Below are positions 9,471-17,563 of a stretch of 60,189 bases of DNA, one piece after another. Below the pieces are notes generated by a model. It did no database searches. It worked only from the letters and a program-made list of their open reading frames with translations, and had not been told where the DNA came from. Within the stretch, counting starts at the first letter, position 1. Each line of letters starts with the position of its first letter. The DNA comes from Betaproteobacteria bacterium. GTDB taxonomy: Bacteria > Pseudomonadota > Gammaproteobacteria > Burkholderiales > SG8-39. The position numbers and the translations under genes are program-made. The DNA is taken from positions 1 through 60,189 of the forward strand of contig JAFAGU010000054.1 in the NCBI GenBank assembly GCA_019237595.1. The letters are read 5' to 3'.

Positions 9471-11198
9471 TCAGTGATTATCGCGCGGGACAAACGCGCC
9501 GCTCTTGCCCACGAGGAAATCGAGATCCGCGCCGCGGTCGGCCTGCAGCACGTGGTCGAAGTAGAGCCGCCAATAGCCCCGCTCGAGCGGCGGCTTGGCC
9601 TTCTTCCACTTCGCTTTGCGCTTCTTCAGCTCCTTTTCATCGACGTGCAGGTGAAGGAGCCCGCGGGAAACATCCAGTTCGATCGTGTCGCCATTCTGGA
9701 CGAGCGCGAGCGTGCCGCCGGCGGCCGCCTCTGGCGAAATATGGAGCACCACGGTGCCGTAAGCCGTGCCGCTCATTCGGGCATCGGAGAGCCGCACCAT
9801 GTCCGTGATGCCCTTCTTGAGGAGCTTGGGCGGCAGCGGCATGTTGCCCACCTCCGCCATGCCGGGGTACCCCTTCGGGCCGCAGTTCTTGAGCACCATG
9901 ATGCAGCGCTCGTCGATGTCGAGCTTCGGGTCGTCGATGCGGCCATGGAAGTCCTCGATGCTCTCGAACACCACCGCGCGCCCTTTGTGCTTTAGGAGCT
10001 TGGGCGTCGCTGCCGAGGGCTTGATGATGGCGCCGTTCGGCGCGAGGTTGCCGCGCAGCACCGTCAGGCCGGTGTGCTTCTTGAACGGCTTCTTCATCGG
10101 GAAAATCACGTCCCGATTCCAGCACGGGGCGTCCTTCACGTTCTCCCAGATCGTCTTGCCGTTGACGGTCAGCGCATTTCGATTCAATAAATTGCTTTCT
10201 CCCAGTTCACGCAGCACTACGGGCAAGCCGCCGGCGTAGCAGAAGTCTTCCATCAAGTACTTGCCCGACGGCATGAGGTTGAGGATGGTATGCATGCCCT
10301 TGCCTAGGCGGTGGAAGTCGTCGAGGTCGAGCTTCACGCCAATGCGCCCGGCGAGCGCGATCAGATGGATGACTGCGTTGGTCGAGCCGCCGATGGCCGA
10401 CAGCGTCCGGATGGCGTTCTCGAAGGCCTCCTTGGTCAATATTTTTGACAAAGAGAGCTTTTCTTTCACCATCTCGACGATCCGGCGGCCCGCCATCCTC
10501 GCGATGACGTTGCGCCGTGCATCGACCGCGGGATAGGCGGCGTTGCCCGGCATGCCGACCCCGAGCGCTTCGACCATCGAGGCCATCGTCGACGCCGTAC
10601 CCATGACCATGCAGTGGCCGTGCGAGCGATGCATGCACGACTCGGCCTCGTGGAATTCCTCGAGCGTGATCTTCCCGGCGCGCAGGTCCTCGGACATCGA
10701 CCAGACGTTCGTCCCCGAGCCGATGTCGGTGCCGCGGTACTTGCCGGAGAGCATCGGCCCGCCGGAGACGAGGATCGTGGGCAGATCGACGCTCGCGGCG
10801 CCCATGAGGGTCGCCGGCGTCGTCTTGTCGCACCCGGCGAGGAGCACCACGCCGTCGAGCGGATTGCCGCGGATCGATTCCTCCACGTCCATGCTCGCAA
10901 GGTTGCGGTAGAGCATCGCGGTGGGCCGCAGCAGCGTCTCGCCGAGCGACATCACGGGAAACTCCAGCGGGAAGCCTCCCGCCTCGAGGATCCCGTGCCG
11001 CACGTGTTCCGCGAGCACGCGGAAGTGCGTGTTGCAAGGCGTGAGCTCCGACCACGTGTTGCAGATGCCGATGACCGGCCGGCCGTCGAACTGGTCCTGC
11101 GGGACGCCGCGGTTCTTCACCCAGCTGCGATAGATGAACCCGTAGATGTCCTGCCGCCCGAACCATTGGATGCTGCGCCAGCCGCTTTTCTTCGCCAT
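9471..11198 (-). CDS. IlvD/Edd-family dehydratase (sugar-acid dehydratase type, e.g. arabinonate/xylonate)
   Basis: 575 aa with LAGCDKTTPATLMGAA, SGGPMLSG and DARMSGTAYG motifs. The N-terminus WFGRQDIYGFIYRSW is typical of pentonate-dehydratase-like members rather than IlvD proper. Confidence 0.85.
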   Translation of the reverse strand: MAKKSGWRSIQWFGRQDIYGFIYRSWVKNRGVPQDQFDGRPVIGICNTWSELTPCNTHFRVLAEHVRHGILEAGGFPLEFPVMSLGETLLRPTAMLYRNLASMDVEESIRGNPLDGVVLLAGCDKTTPATLMGAASVDLPTILVSGGPMLSGKYRGTDIGSGTNVWSMSEDLRAGKITLEEFHEAESCMHRSHGHCMVMGTASTMASMVEALGVGMPGNAAYPAVDARRNVIARMAGRRIVEMVKEKLSLSKILTKEAFENAIRTLSAIGGSTNAVIHLIALAGRIGVKLDLDDFHRLGKGMHTILNLMPSGKYLMEDFCYAGGLPVVLRELGESNLLNRNALTVNGKTIWENVKDAPCWNRDVIFPMKKPFKKHTGLTVLRGNLAPNGAIIKPSAATPKLLKHKGRAVVFESIEDFHGRIDDPKLDIDERCIMVLKNCGPKGYPGMAEVGNMPLPPKLLKKGITDMVRLSDARMSGTAYGTVVLHISPEAAAGGTLALVQNGDTIELDVSRGLLHLHVDEKELKKRKAKWKKAKPPLERGYWRLYFDHVLQADRGADLDFLVGKSGAFVPRDNH

Positions 11199-11204
11199 AG
11201 AGCC

Positions 11205-11906
11205 TCAGTAGGTCGCCCTGCCTCCGGAAATATCGAACACCGCGCCCGTGGAAAACGAGCAGTCCGCGGACGCCAGCCAGCACACGAGGGCCGCGATCTC
11301 GTCCACCGAGACGAAGCGGCCCATCGGGATCTTGGAAAGCATGTATTGAATGTGGGTCTCGCTCATCTGGTCGAAGATGGCGGTCTTGGCCGCGGCCGGC
11401 GTCACGCAATTGACGAGCACGCCGCTATTTGCGAGCTCCTTGCCCAGGGACTTCGTGAGCGAAATCACGCCCGCCTTCGAGGCAGAGTAGGCGACGGCAT
11501 TCGGGTTGCCTTCCTTCCCCGCAACGGAGGCGATGTTCACGATGCGGCCGTAGCCCGCCTTCACCATGTTCGGCGCGACGGCACGGCAGCACAGGAAGGC
11601 GCCCGTGAGGTTCACGCGCAGGACGCGTTCCCATTCTTCGACTGGATACTCGACCGTCGGCGCGTTCTTGCCGGCGATCCCGGCGTTGTTGACGAGGACG
11701 TCGATCTTGCCGAGCTCGGCAAGCGTCCGCTTCGTTGCCGCCTCCACGGAGGCGGCGTCGGAGACGTCCACGCTGGGCGAGCCGCCAACGTCCCAGATCG
11801 CGACCCTCGCGCCGGAGTCCTTCAGTCGTCGCACGATCGCATCGCCGATACCCTGCAAGCCGCCGGTCACGACGGCAGTGCGCCCCGCGAAATCGAGCCG
11901 GTTCAC
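11205..11906 (-). CDS. short-chain dehydrogenase/reductase (SDR)
   Basis: GTG start at 11906 overlaps the GntR stop (GTGA). It has TGGLQGIGDA cofactor and YSASK catalytic motifs. The rest of the 663-aa track ORF is a GC artefact. Confidence 0.85.
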   Translation of the reverse strand: MNRLDFAGRTAVVTGGLQGIGDAIVRRLKDSGARVAIWDVGGSPSVDVSDAASVEAATKRTLAELGKIDVLVNNAGIAGKNAPTVEYPVEEWERVLRVNLTGAFLCCRAVAPNMVKAGYGRIVNIASVAGKEGNPNAVAYSASKAGVISLTKSLGKELANSGVLVNCVTPAAAKTAIFDQMSETHIQYMLSKIPMGRFVSVDEIAALVCWLASADCSFSTGAVFDISGGRATY

Positions 11907-12610
11907 GCCTGCACCGCCTTCCAGTCCCTGCTGTAGCGCTTCTTCGTCATGTCCATGTGCCTGCGCATCGCCGCGCGCGCCGCGGCGGAGTCTCGGCGAG
12001 CGATGGCGGCAACGATGGCCTGGTGCTCTCGCAAGGTGTCGCCCGCCATCTGCGGGTTCTCGACCTTGCGCTCGAGCGCGCGGTACAGCGGTCCGACGCG
12101 CTGGTCCCATAGCGTCTCTACGACGAGCACGAGCGCGCTGTTGCCGCTCGCTTCCGCCACGCGGACGTGGAAGAGCCGGTCTGCCTCGAGCGGGTTCGGG
12201 TTTCGCCGGGTCTCTTCCGCCATGCGCTGATGCGCCTCGCGGATGGCGCGCAGCTGCTCGGCGCCCGCGTAGCGCGCGGCGAGCGCCGCGCACTCGCTCT
12301 CGATGAGCCAGCGGGCGCGGATGACCTCGAAGGGGCCCGTGGGATCGCCTACGGAGGCCGCATCCGGAGCGGAGGATCCGGGGCGGGTGACGTAGATGCC
12401 GGAGCCCACGCGCACATCGAGCAGTCCTTCCATCTCCAGTGCGATCAGCGCTTCGCGCAGGCTCGGCCGGCTGACCTTGAGCTGGCGAGCGAGGTCTCGC
12501 TCCGCCGGAAGCCGCGCGCCGCGCGCCACTTCCCCCGACTCGATGAGCCCGCGGATCTGGTCGGCAATCTGGCGATAGAGGCGACGCGGTTCGACGGCTT
12601 GCAGGCGCAC
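11903..12610 (-). CDS. GntR-family transcriptional regulator (FadR/FCD subfamily)
   Basis: N-terminal winged HTH (LPAERDLARQLKVSRPSLREALIALEMEGLL) plus an all-helical FCD C-terminal domain. It is the first gene of the minus-strand sugar-acid operon. Confidence 0.9.
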   Translation of the reverse strand: MRLQAVEPRRLYRQIADQIRGLIESGEVARGARLPAERDLARQLKVSRPSLREALIALEMEGLLDVRVGSGIYVTRPGSSAPDAASVGDPTGPFEVIRARWLIESECAALAARYAGAEQLRAIREAHQRMAEETRRNPNPLEADRLFHVRVAEASGNSALVLVVETLWDQRVGPLYRALERKVENPQMAGDTLREHQAIVAAIARRDSAAARAAMRRHMDMTKKRYSRDWKAVQA

Positions 12611-12765
12611 CGTTTTTCCTACTCCTCGAGGAACGGCGAGCGTAGCCGCGCGTTCCGCGCTTGGTCAAGTGGCCAGACTGGTTTGCGAGCGCGCCTCGCG
12701 CGGCGCTGCGGCCTGCGGCTATAATTCGCGCCCTCGCTGAATATCGATTCCGGAATCGTTCTCGC

Positions 12766-13506
12766 ATGGGTGGAAGACTCGCCGGCAAGGTCGCATTCGT
12801 GACCGCCGCCGGGCAGGGCATGGGGCGCGGCGCCGCGCTCGCCTTCGCCCGTGAAGGCGCGCAAGTCTGGGCGACGGACCTGAACGCGAAGCCCCTCGAC
12901 GAGCTCGAGGGCCAGCACGGCATTCGCACGCGCCGGCTCGACGTCACGGACGAGGCGGCGATCGCGAAGATCGCCGCCGAAGCGGGGCCGGTGGACGTGC
13001 TCTTCAACTGCGCCGGCATCGTGCAGAACGGAACGATCCTCGACGCGACGGCGAAGGACTGGGACCTCGGCTTCGCGGTCAACGTGAAGTCCATGTTCCT
13101 CGTCTCGAAGGCCTTCCTGCCCGGCATGCTGAAGAAGGGGCGCGGCTCGATCATCAACATGTCCTCCGTCGCCTCGTCGCTTCGCGGCCTTCCCAATCGC
13201 TTCGTCTACGGCGCGAGCAAGGCGGCGGTCGTCGGGCTCACCAAGGCGATTGCCGCGGACTTCGTCCGCCAGGGCGTGCGCTGCAACGCCATCGCTCCCG
13301 GGACCGTGGACACGCCCTCGCTGCAGGGCCGCATCAATGCGCAGGCCGACCCAGTGCAGGCGCGCAAGGATTTCGTGGCGCGCCAGCCCATGGGGCGCCT
13401 GGGCAGCGTGGACGACGTCGTCGGCCTGATCATGTTTCTCGCCTCCGACGAGTCGCTCTTCGCCACCGGCAACGTGTATCCGATAGACGGGGGAATGACG
13501 ATATGA
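12766..13506 (+). CDS. SDR, 2-keto-3-deoxy-sugar-acid 4-dehydrogenase-like
   Basis: ATG at 12766. It has TAAGQGMGRG and YGASK motifs. It is paired with an FAH-family hydrolase, as in the KDP/KDF dehydrogenase-hydrolase branch of non-phosphorylative sugar pathways. Confidence 0.75.
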   Translation: MGGRLAGKVAFVTAAGQGMGRGAALAFAREGAQVWATDLNAKPLDELEGQHGIRTRRLDVTDEAAIAKIAAEAGPVDVLFNCAGIVQNGTILDATAKDWDLGFAVNVKSMFLVSKAFLPGMLKKGRGSIINMSSVASSLRGLPNRFVYGASKAAVVGLTKAIAADFVRQGVRCNAIAPGTVDTPSLQGRINAQADPVQARKDFVARQPMGRLGSVDDVVGLIMFLASDESLFATGNVYPIDGGMTI

Positions 13507-14351
13507 AGCTGTGCCGATACGGGAAGGCGGGCTACGAGAAGCCGGGAATGATCGATGCCGACGGTCGGGTGCGCGACCTTTCCAAGGTCGTCGAGAACAT
13601 CGGCCCGAACGAGATCTCGCCCCGCGGGCTGAAGATGCTCTCGAAGGTGAAGCCCCAGACGCTTCCGCTCGTGAACGGCCATCCCCGCCTGGGCGTGCCT
13701 TACGTGGGCATCGGGAAGTTCGTCGCGATCGGCCTCAATTACTCCGACCATGCGAAGGAAGCGGGGCTTCCCATTCCTCCGGAGCCTGTTGTCTTCATGA
13801 AGGCGACGACGTGCATCAGCGGCCCGAACGACGACGTCGTGCAGCCGCGCAACTCCACCAAGCTCGACTGGGAAATCGAGCTCGGCGTGGTGATCGGCAC
13901 GCAAGCGAAATACGTGAGCGAGGCTTCGGCGCTCGAGCACGTGGCCGGCTATTGCATCGTGAACGACGTGTCGGAGCGCGCGTTCCAGATGGCGACCAGC
14001 CAGTGGGACAAGGGCAAGGGCTTCGATACCGCCGGGCCGATCGGCCCGTGGCTCGTCACCACCGACGAGATCCGCGACCCCCAAACGCTCGACATGCGGC
14101 TCGAGGTGAACGGAAAGCGCATGCAAAGCGGCAACACGCGCACCATGGTCTTCAACGTCGCCAAGATCATCGCGCATGTCAGCCAGTACATGACGCTCCT
14201 TCCGGGCGACATCATCACCACCGGCACGCCGCCCGGCGTGGGTCTAGGCGTCAAGCCGACGCCGGTGTTCCTGAAGCCCGGCGACGTGATGACGCTCGCC
14301 ATCCAGGGCCTCGGAGAGCAGAAGCAGAAGGTCGTGGCCCACTCGGCCTAG
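13503..14351 (+). CDS. fumarylacetoacetate-hydrolase-family protein (2,4-diketo-3-deoxy-sugar-acid hydrolase-like)
   Basis: ATGA overlap with the upstream SDR. It has GLNYSDHAKE and TGTPPGVG motifs of the FAH family. Confidence 0.85.
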   Translation: MKLCRYGKAGYEKPGMIDADGRVRDLSKVVENIGPNEISPRGLKMLSKVKPQTLPLVNGHPRLGVPYVGIGKFVAIGLNYSDHAKEAGLPIPPEPVVFMKATTCISGPNDDVVQPRNSTKLDWEIELGVVIGTQAKYVSEASALEHVAGYCIVNDVSERAFQMATSQWDKGKGFDTAGPIGPWLVTTDEIRDPQTLDMRLEVNGKRMQSGNTRTMVFNVAKIIAHVSQYMTLLPGDIITTGTPPGVGLGVKPTPVFLKPGDVMTLAIQGLGEQKQKVVAHSA

Positions 14352-14398
14352 CCCGCACGGGGGTAGCCCCCCCGTCGGCGTTGGAGTAGGCTCGCCGC

Positions 14399-15715
14399 AT
14401 GAATAAGCGCGTGGACCTCCAGGCGTCCGCCTTCTGGATGCCCTATACGGCGAACCGCCAGTTCAAGAAGGCGCCGCGCCTTCTCGCCCGCGCCGAGGGC
14501 ATGTACTACTGGACCGCCGACGGTCGCCAGGTCCTGGACGGGCAGGCGGGCCTCTGGTGCGTGAACGCGGGCCATTGCCGGCCCAAGATCGTGCAGGCGG
14601 TGCAGAAGCAGGTCGCCGAGATGGACTTCGCGCCGACGTTCAACATGGGCCACCCGATCGCCTTCGAATTCGCGGAGCGGCTCGCCGGCATCGCGCCCGA
14701 TCGCTTCACGCGCGTGTTCTTCACCAACTCGGGCTCCGAATCCGCCGACACGGCGCTCAAGATCGCGCTCGCCTATCAGCGCGCGCGGGGCGAAGGCCAG
14801 CGCTTCCGGCTGATCGGCCGCGAGCGCGGCTACCACGGCGTCAATTTCGGCGGCATGGCCGTGGGCGGCATTCCCGCGAACCGCAAGGTATTCGGCCCCG
14901 GCGTTGCGGGCGTTGCCCACATCCGCCATACGCACGACCTGCAGAGGAACGCGTTTTCCAGGGGACAGCCGCAGCACGGCGCGGAGTTCGCCGATACGCT
15001 CGAGCAGGTCTGCGCCTTCCATGATCCCTCGACGGTCGCGGCCGTGATCGTCGAGCCGGTAGCCGGCTCGGCGGGCGTGCTCGTTCCGCCCAAGGGCTAT
15101 CTCGAGCGGCTGCGCGAGATCTGCACGAAGCACGGCATCCTGCTGATCTTCGACGAGGTCATCACCGGCTTCGGCCGCCTCGGGCAGCCCTTTGCGAGCC
15201 AGCGTTTTGGCGTGATGCCCGATCTATTCACCGTCGCCAAGGGCATGACGAACGGAACCGTCCCGATGGGCGCAGTCTTCGTGAAGGACTCGATCTACGA
15301 GAGCTTCATGGATGCACCCGAGGGCATCGAGCTTTTCCACGGGTACACGTATTCCGGGCACCCGCTCGCCTGCGCAGCCGGCATCGGCACGCTCGACACC
15401 TACGCGGACGAAGGCCTGCTCACGCGCGGGGCGAGCCTCGAGAAGACGTTCGAGGATGCCATCCACTCACTCAAGGGTGCCCGCCATGTGATCGACGTCC
15501 GCAACCTCGGCCTCATGGGCGCGGTGGAGCTCGAGCCGCGTCCCGGCCAGCCGGGTGCGCGCGCGTACGAAGCTTTCCTCAAGTGCTTCGAGGCCGGCGT
15601 CTTGGTGCGCTACACCGGCGACACGCTCGCGTTTTCGCCGCCCCTCATCGTCGAAAAGGCGCAGATCGAGCGGATTTTCGACGCCGTCGGCGACGCCCTG
15701 AAAGCGGTGCACTAG
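14399..15715 (+). CDS. omega-amino acid (beta-alanine)--pyruvate aminotransferase, class-III PLP enzyme
   Basis: 438 aa. FWMPYTANRQFKKAPRLL, GLWCVNAGH, FTNSGSESADTALK, LIFDEVITGFGR and HGYTYSGHP closely follow the Pseudomonas omega-amino-acid:pyruvate transaminase pattern. Confidence 0.85.
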   Translation: MNKRVDLQASAFWMPYTANRQFKKAPRLLARAEGMYYWTADGRQVLDGQAGLWCVNAGHCRPKIVQAVQKQVAEMDFAPTFNMGHPIAFEFAERLAGIAPDRFTRVFFTNSGSESADTALKIALAYQRARGEGQRFRLIGRERGYHGVNFGGMAVGGIPANRKVFGPGVAGVAHIRHTHDLQRNAFSRGQPQHGAEFADTLEQVCAFHDPSTVAAVIVEPVAGSAGVLVPPKGYLERLREICTKHGILLIFDEVITGFGRLGQPFASQRFGVMPDLFTVAKGMTNGTVPMGAVFVKDSIYESFMDAPEGIELFHGYTYSGHPLACAAGIGTLDTYADEGLLTRGASLEKTFEDAIHSLKGARHVIDVRNLGLMGAVELEPRPGQPGARAYEAFLKCFEAGVLVRYTGDTLAFSPPLIVEKAQIERIFDAVGDALKAVH

Positions 15716-16120
15716 GTGCGGCTGGGCGCGGCGATATTCCTCGCCGGCGCCCTCCTCGTCGCCACCTACTTCGGCATCGTCCTCACGTGGAGCTATTCCA
15801 GCGGCGAGCGGGCCGGGTGGGTGCAGAAGCTCTCCTACAAGGGCTGGCTGTGCAAGACGTGGGAAGGCGAGATGGCCATGGTGTCCATGCCCGGCGCGAC
15901 GCCCGAAAAGTTCTATTTCACCCTGTGGGACGATCGCATCGCCGCCGAGATCAACAAGGTCATGGGCCGGCGCGTCTCCTTGCACTATGAGCAGAAGGTG
16001 GGGCTGCCGACCACGTGCTTCGGCGAAACCCGTTACTACGTGAGCAGAATTACCCTGGTGGAAGAGATCCCGCTCGCCCCTGGAGTCGTCGTGCCGGCGC
16101 CCAAGCCGGCAGGCCAGTAA
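15716..16120 (+). CDS. membrane-anchored hypothetical protein
   Basis: GTG lies immediately after the transaminase TAG, with 0-nt spacing. It has one N-terminal TM helix (LGAAIFLAGALLVATYFGIVL), strong G/C third-position bias, and a terminator right downstream. Confidence 0.6.
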   Translation: MRLGAAIFLAGALLVATYFGIVLTWSYSSGERAGWVQKLSYKGWLCKTWEGEMAMVSMPGATPEKFYFTLWDDRIAAEINKVMGRRVSLHYEQKVGLPTTCFGETRYYVSRITLVEEIPLAPGVVVPAPKPAGQ

Positions 16121-16121
16121 G

Positions 16122-16143
16122 AAAGGGGCCCGCAGGCCCCTTT
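16122..16143. terminator. bidirectional intrinsic terminator between convergent genes
   Basis: AAAGGGGCC-CGCA-GGCCCCTTT is a perfect 9-bp stem with a tetraloop. It is flanked by T-runs on both strands (TTTGTCTTTG on the plus strand, TTTCTTA on the minus strand). Confidence 0.75.
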
Positions 16144-16166
16144 GTCTTTGTATTGGAACGCCGCCG

Positions 16167-17426
16167 CTACTTGGCGGCGGCGCGCACGACGCCCAGCCGC
16201 CGGCCGCGCGCCGGCTGCTTCAGCCTCGCCGGGGTGACGAGGTCGCGCACGAAGTTCGGCAGGGCGAACACGCCCTCGTGCGTCTCGCCGTTGTAGAAGC
16301 GCAGGTCCGAGAGCTTCCTCGCCTCGATGCGCCGGTCGATCTCGTCGGCGGTGAAAGCCTTGGGATCGAGCTTGTCGGAGCACACCGCCATGGCCCAAAG
16401 CGAGCCGTAGAGCGGGATGTACATGAGGTACGGCCGAATGATCCGGAAGACGCCGTTCAGGCGCTGAGCGAGCTCGGCCACGCGCTCGGGCCGTGCGACC
16501 GGGGAGCCGATGTGCAGCGTCAGCGCGCCGCCCGGCGCGAGGATGGCGCGGATTTGCTGGAAGAACTCGGCGGAGTAGAGCGCCTCGGCCGGCCCCATCG
16601 GATCGTTGAGGTCGAGGGCGACGAGGTCGAACTTCTCCTGCGTTTCCCGGACGAACTTCATCCCGTCCTCGACGAGGACGCGAAGCTTGGGATTCGAGAA
16701 GGCGCCGTTGTGCACGGCGTGGAAGTGCTTTTTCGCCACCTCGATCACGTCGCCGTCGATCTCCACCATCGTGACCTGCTCGACGCTCGGGTGCTTGAGC
16801 GCTTCCTCGGAGGAGCCGCCATCGCCGCCGCCGATGATGAGCACGCGCTTGGGCGCCGCGTGCGCCGTGAGCGCGGGGTGGACGAGATTCTCGTGGTAGA
16901 CGAACTCCTCCTTCTCGGAGGTCATGTTGAAGCCGTCGAGCCGGAAGAGCTTCCCGTAGTGCGGAGTCTCGTAGATCTGCATCTTCTGGAACCGCGTTTG
17001 CCACTCGCCGAGCTGCTTCGTCGCCTTGATGTAGAAGCCGGTCGTCTCGTTGAGCGGCTCCATGAGGAGATGCTCGCCGCGGTCCACCTCGTGCTTCGCG
17101 ACCTCGGTGGGCTGGAAATAGGCGACGAGCGCGTCGAAGAGCTTGCGCGCCTTGTCGGAGTTGTCCGCGCTGTAGTTGCACACGTACACGTCGAGCGTGA
17201 GCCCTTGCCGCTCGGGCCACGTGTGGATCGCGAGGTGCGACTCGGCGAGCACCACCGTGCCGGTGAAGCCCCCGCCCTCGAACGTATGGAAGCTCGCGTC
17301 CATGGTCGTGAGGCCGGAGGCCGAGACCATTTCGACGCACGTGGACTTGAAGCGCTCTCCGTCCAGGAGGAGCTGCGGATCGCAGCGGCAGCCGGTGAGG
17401 TCACCGATGAGATGCAGGCCGTTCAT
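16167..17426 (-). CDS. fused S-adenosylmethionine decarboxylase proenzyme (class-1, SpeH-like) - spermidine synthase (aminopropyltransferase)
   Basis: ATG at 17426 is preceded by GGAGGG. N-terminal ~120 aa: MNGLHLIGDLTGC...VVLAESHLAIHTWPE, the pyruvoyl self-cleavage E|S site. The rest is SpeE-like: VLIIGGGDGGSSEE and DLNDPMGPAEALYS. Confidence 0.85.
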   Translation of the reverse strand: MNGLHLIGDLTGCRCDPQLLLDGERFKSTCVEMVSASGLTTMDASFHTFEGGGFTGTVVLAESHLAIHTWPERQGLTLDVYVCNYSADNSDKARKLFDALVAYFQPTEVAKHEVDRGEHLLMEPLNETTGFYIKATKQLGEWQTRFQKMQIYETPHYGKLFRLDGFNMTSEKEEFVYHENLVHPALTAHAAPKRVLIIGGGDGGSSEEALKHPSVEQVTMVEIDGDVIEVAKKHFHAVHNGAFSNPKLRVLVEDGMKFVRETQEKFDLVALDLNDPMGPAEALYSAEFFQQIRAILAPGGALTLHIGSPVARPERVAELAQRLNGVFRIIRPYLMYIPLYGSLWAMAVCSDKLDPKAFTADEIDRRIEARKLSDLRFYNGETHEGVFALPNFVRDLVTPARLKQPARGRRLGVVRAAAK

Positions 17427-17448
17427 CTTTTTATGCCCTCCGAAATGC

Positions 17449-17489
17449 GAAGGCGCAGCCCGCCGAAGAAAGAACCAGGCTGCGCCTTC
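17449..17489 (-). other. 12-bp GC-rich hairpin in the nudC-speDE spacer (weak terminator or leader structure)
   Basis: GAAGGCGCAGCC (17449-17460) pairs perfectly with GGCTGCGCCTTC (17478-17489) across a 17-nt loop. On the minus strand it ends about 10 nt before the GGAGGG RBS. Only a short T-run follows. Confidence 0.45.
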
Positions 17490-17563
17490 CATCCGCGCCT
17501 CGCGGCGCAAAACAGAGCTCTTCAATCCCGTTCAATTCGTTCAAAACCTCCTAAGCGCCCGAC

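Noticed and set aside
16151-16175. A second GC hairpin (CGCCGCC...GGCGGCG) next to the bidirectional terminator.
   Set aside because: It overlaps the last codons and stop of the speD-speE gene (the Ala-rich tail RAAAK). It is probably a by-product of GCC/GCG codon repeats.
17427-17563. A possible SAM or polyamine riboswitch in the speD-speE leader.
   Set aside because: I cannot recognise any known SAM-II, SAM-V or SAM/SAH pseudoknot consensus by eye. Only a simple hairpin is evident. It is reported as a structure, not as a riboswitch.
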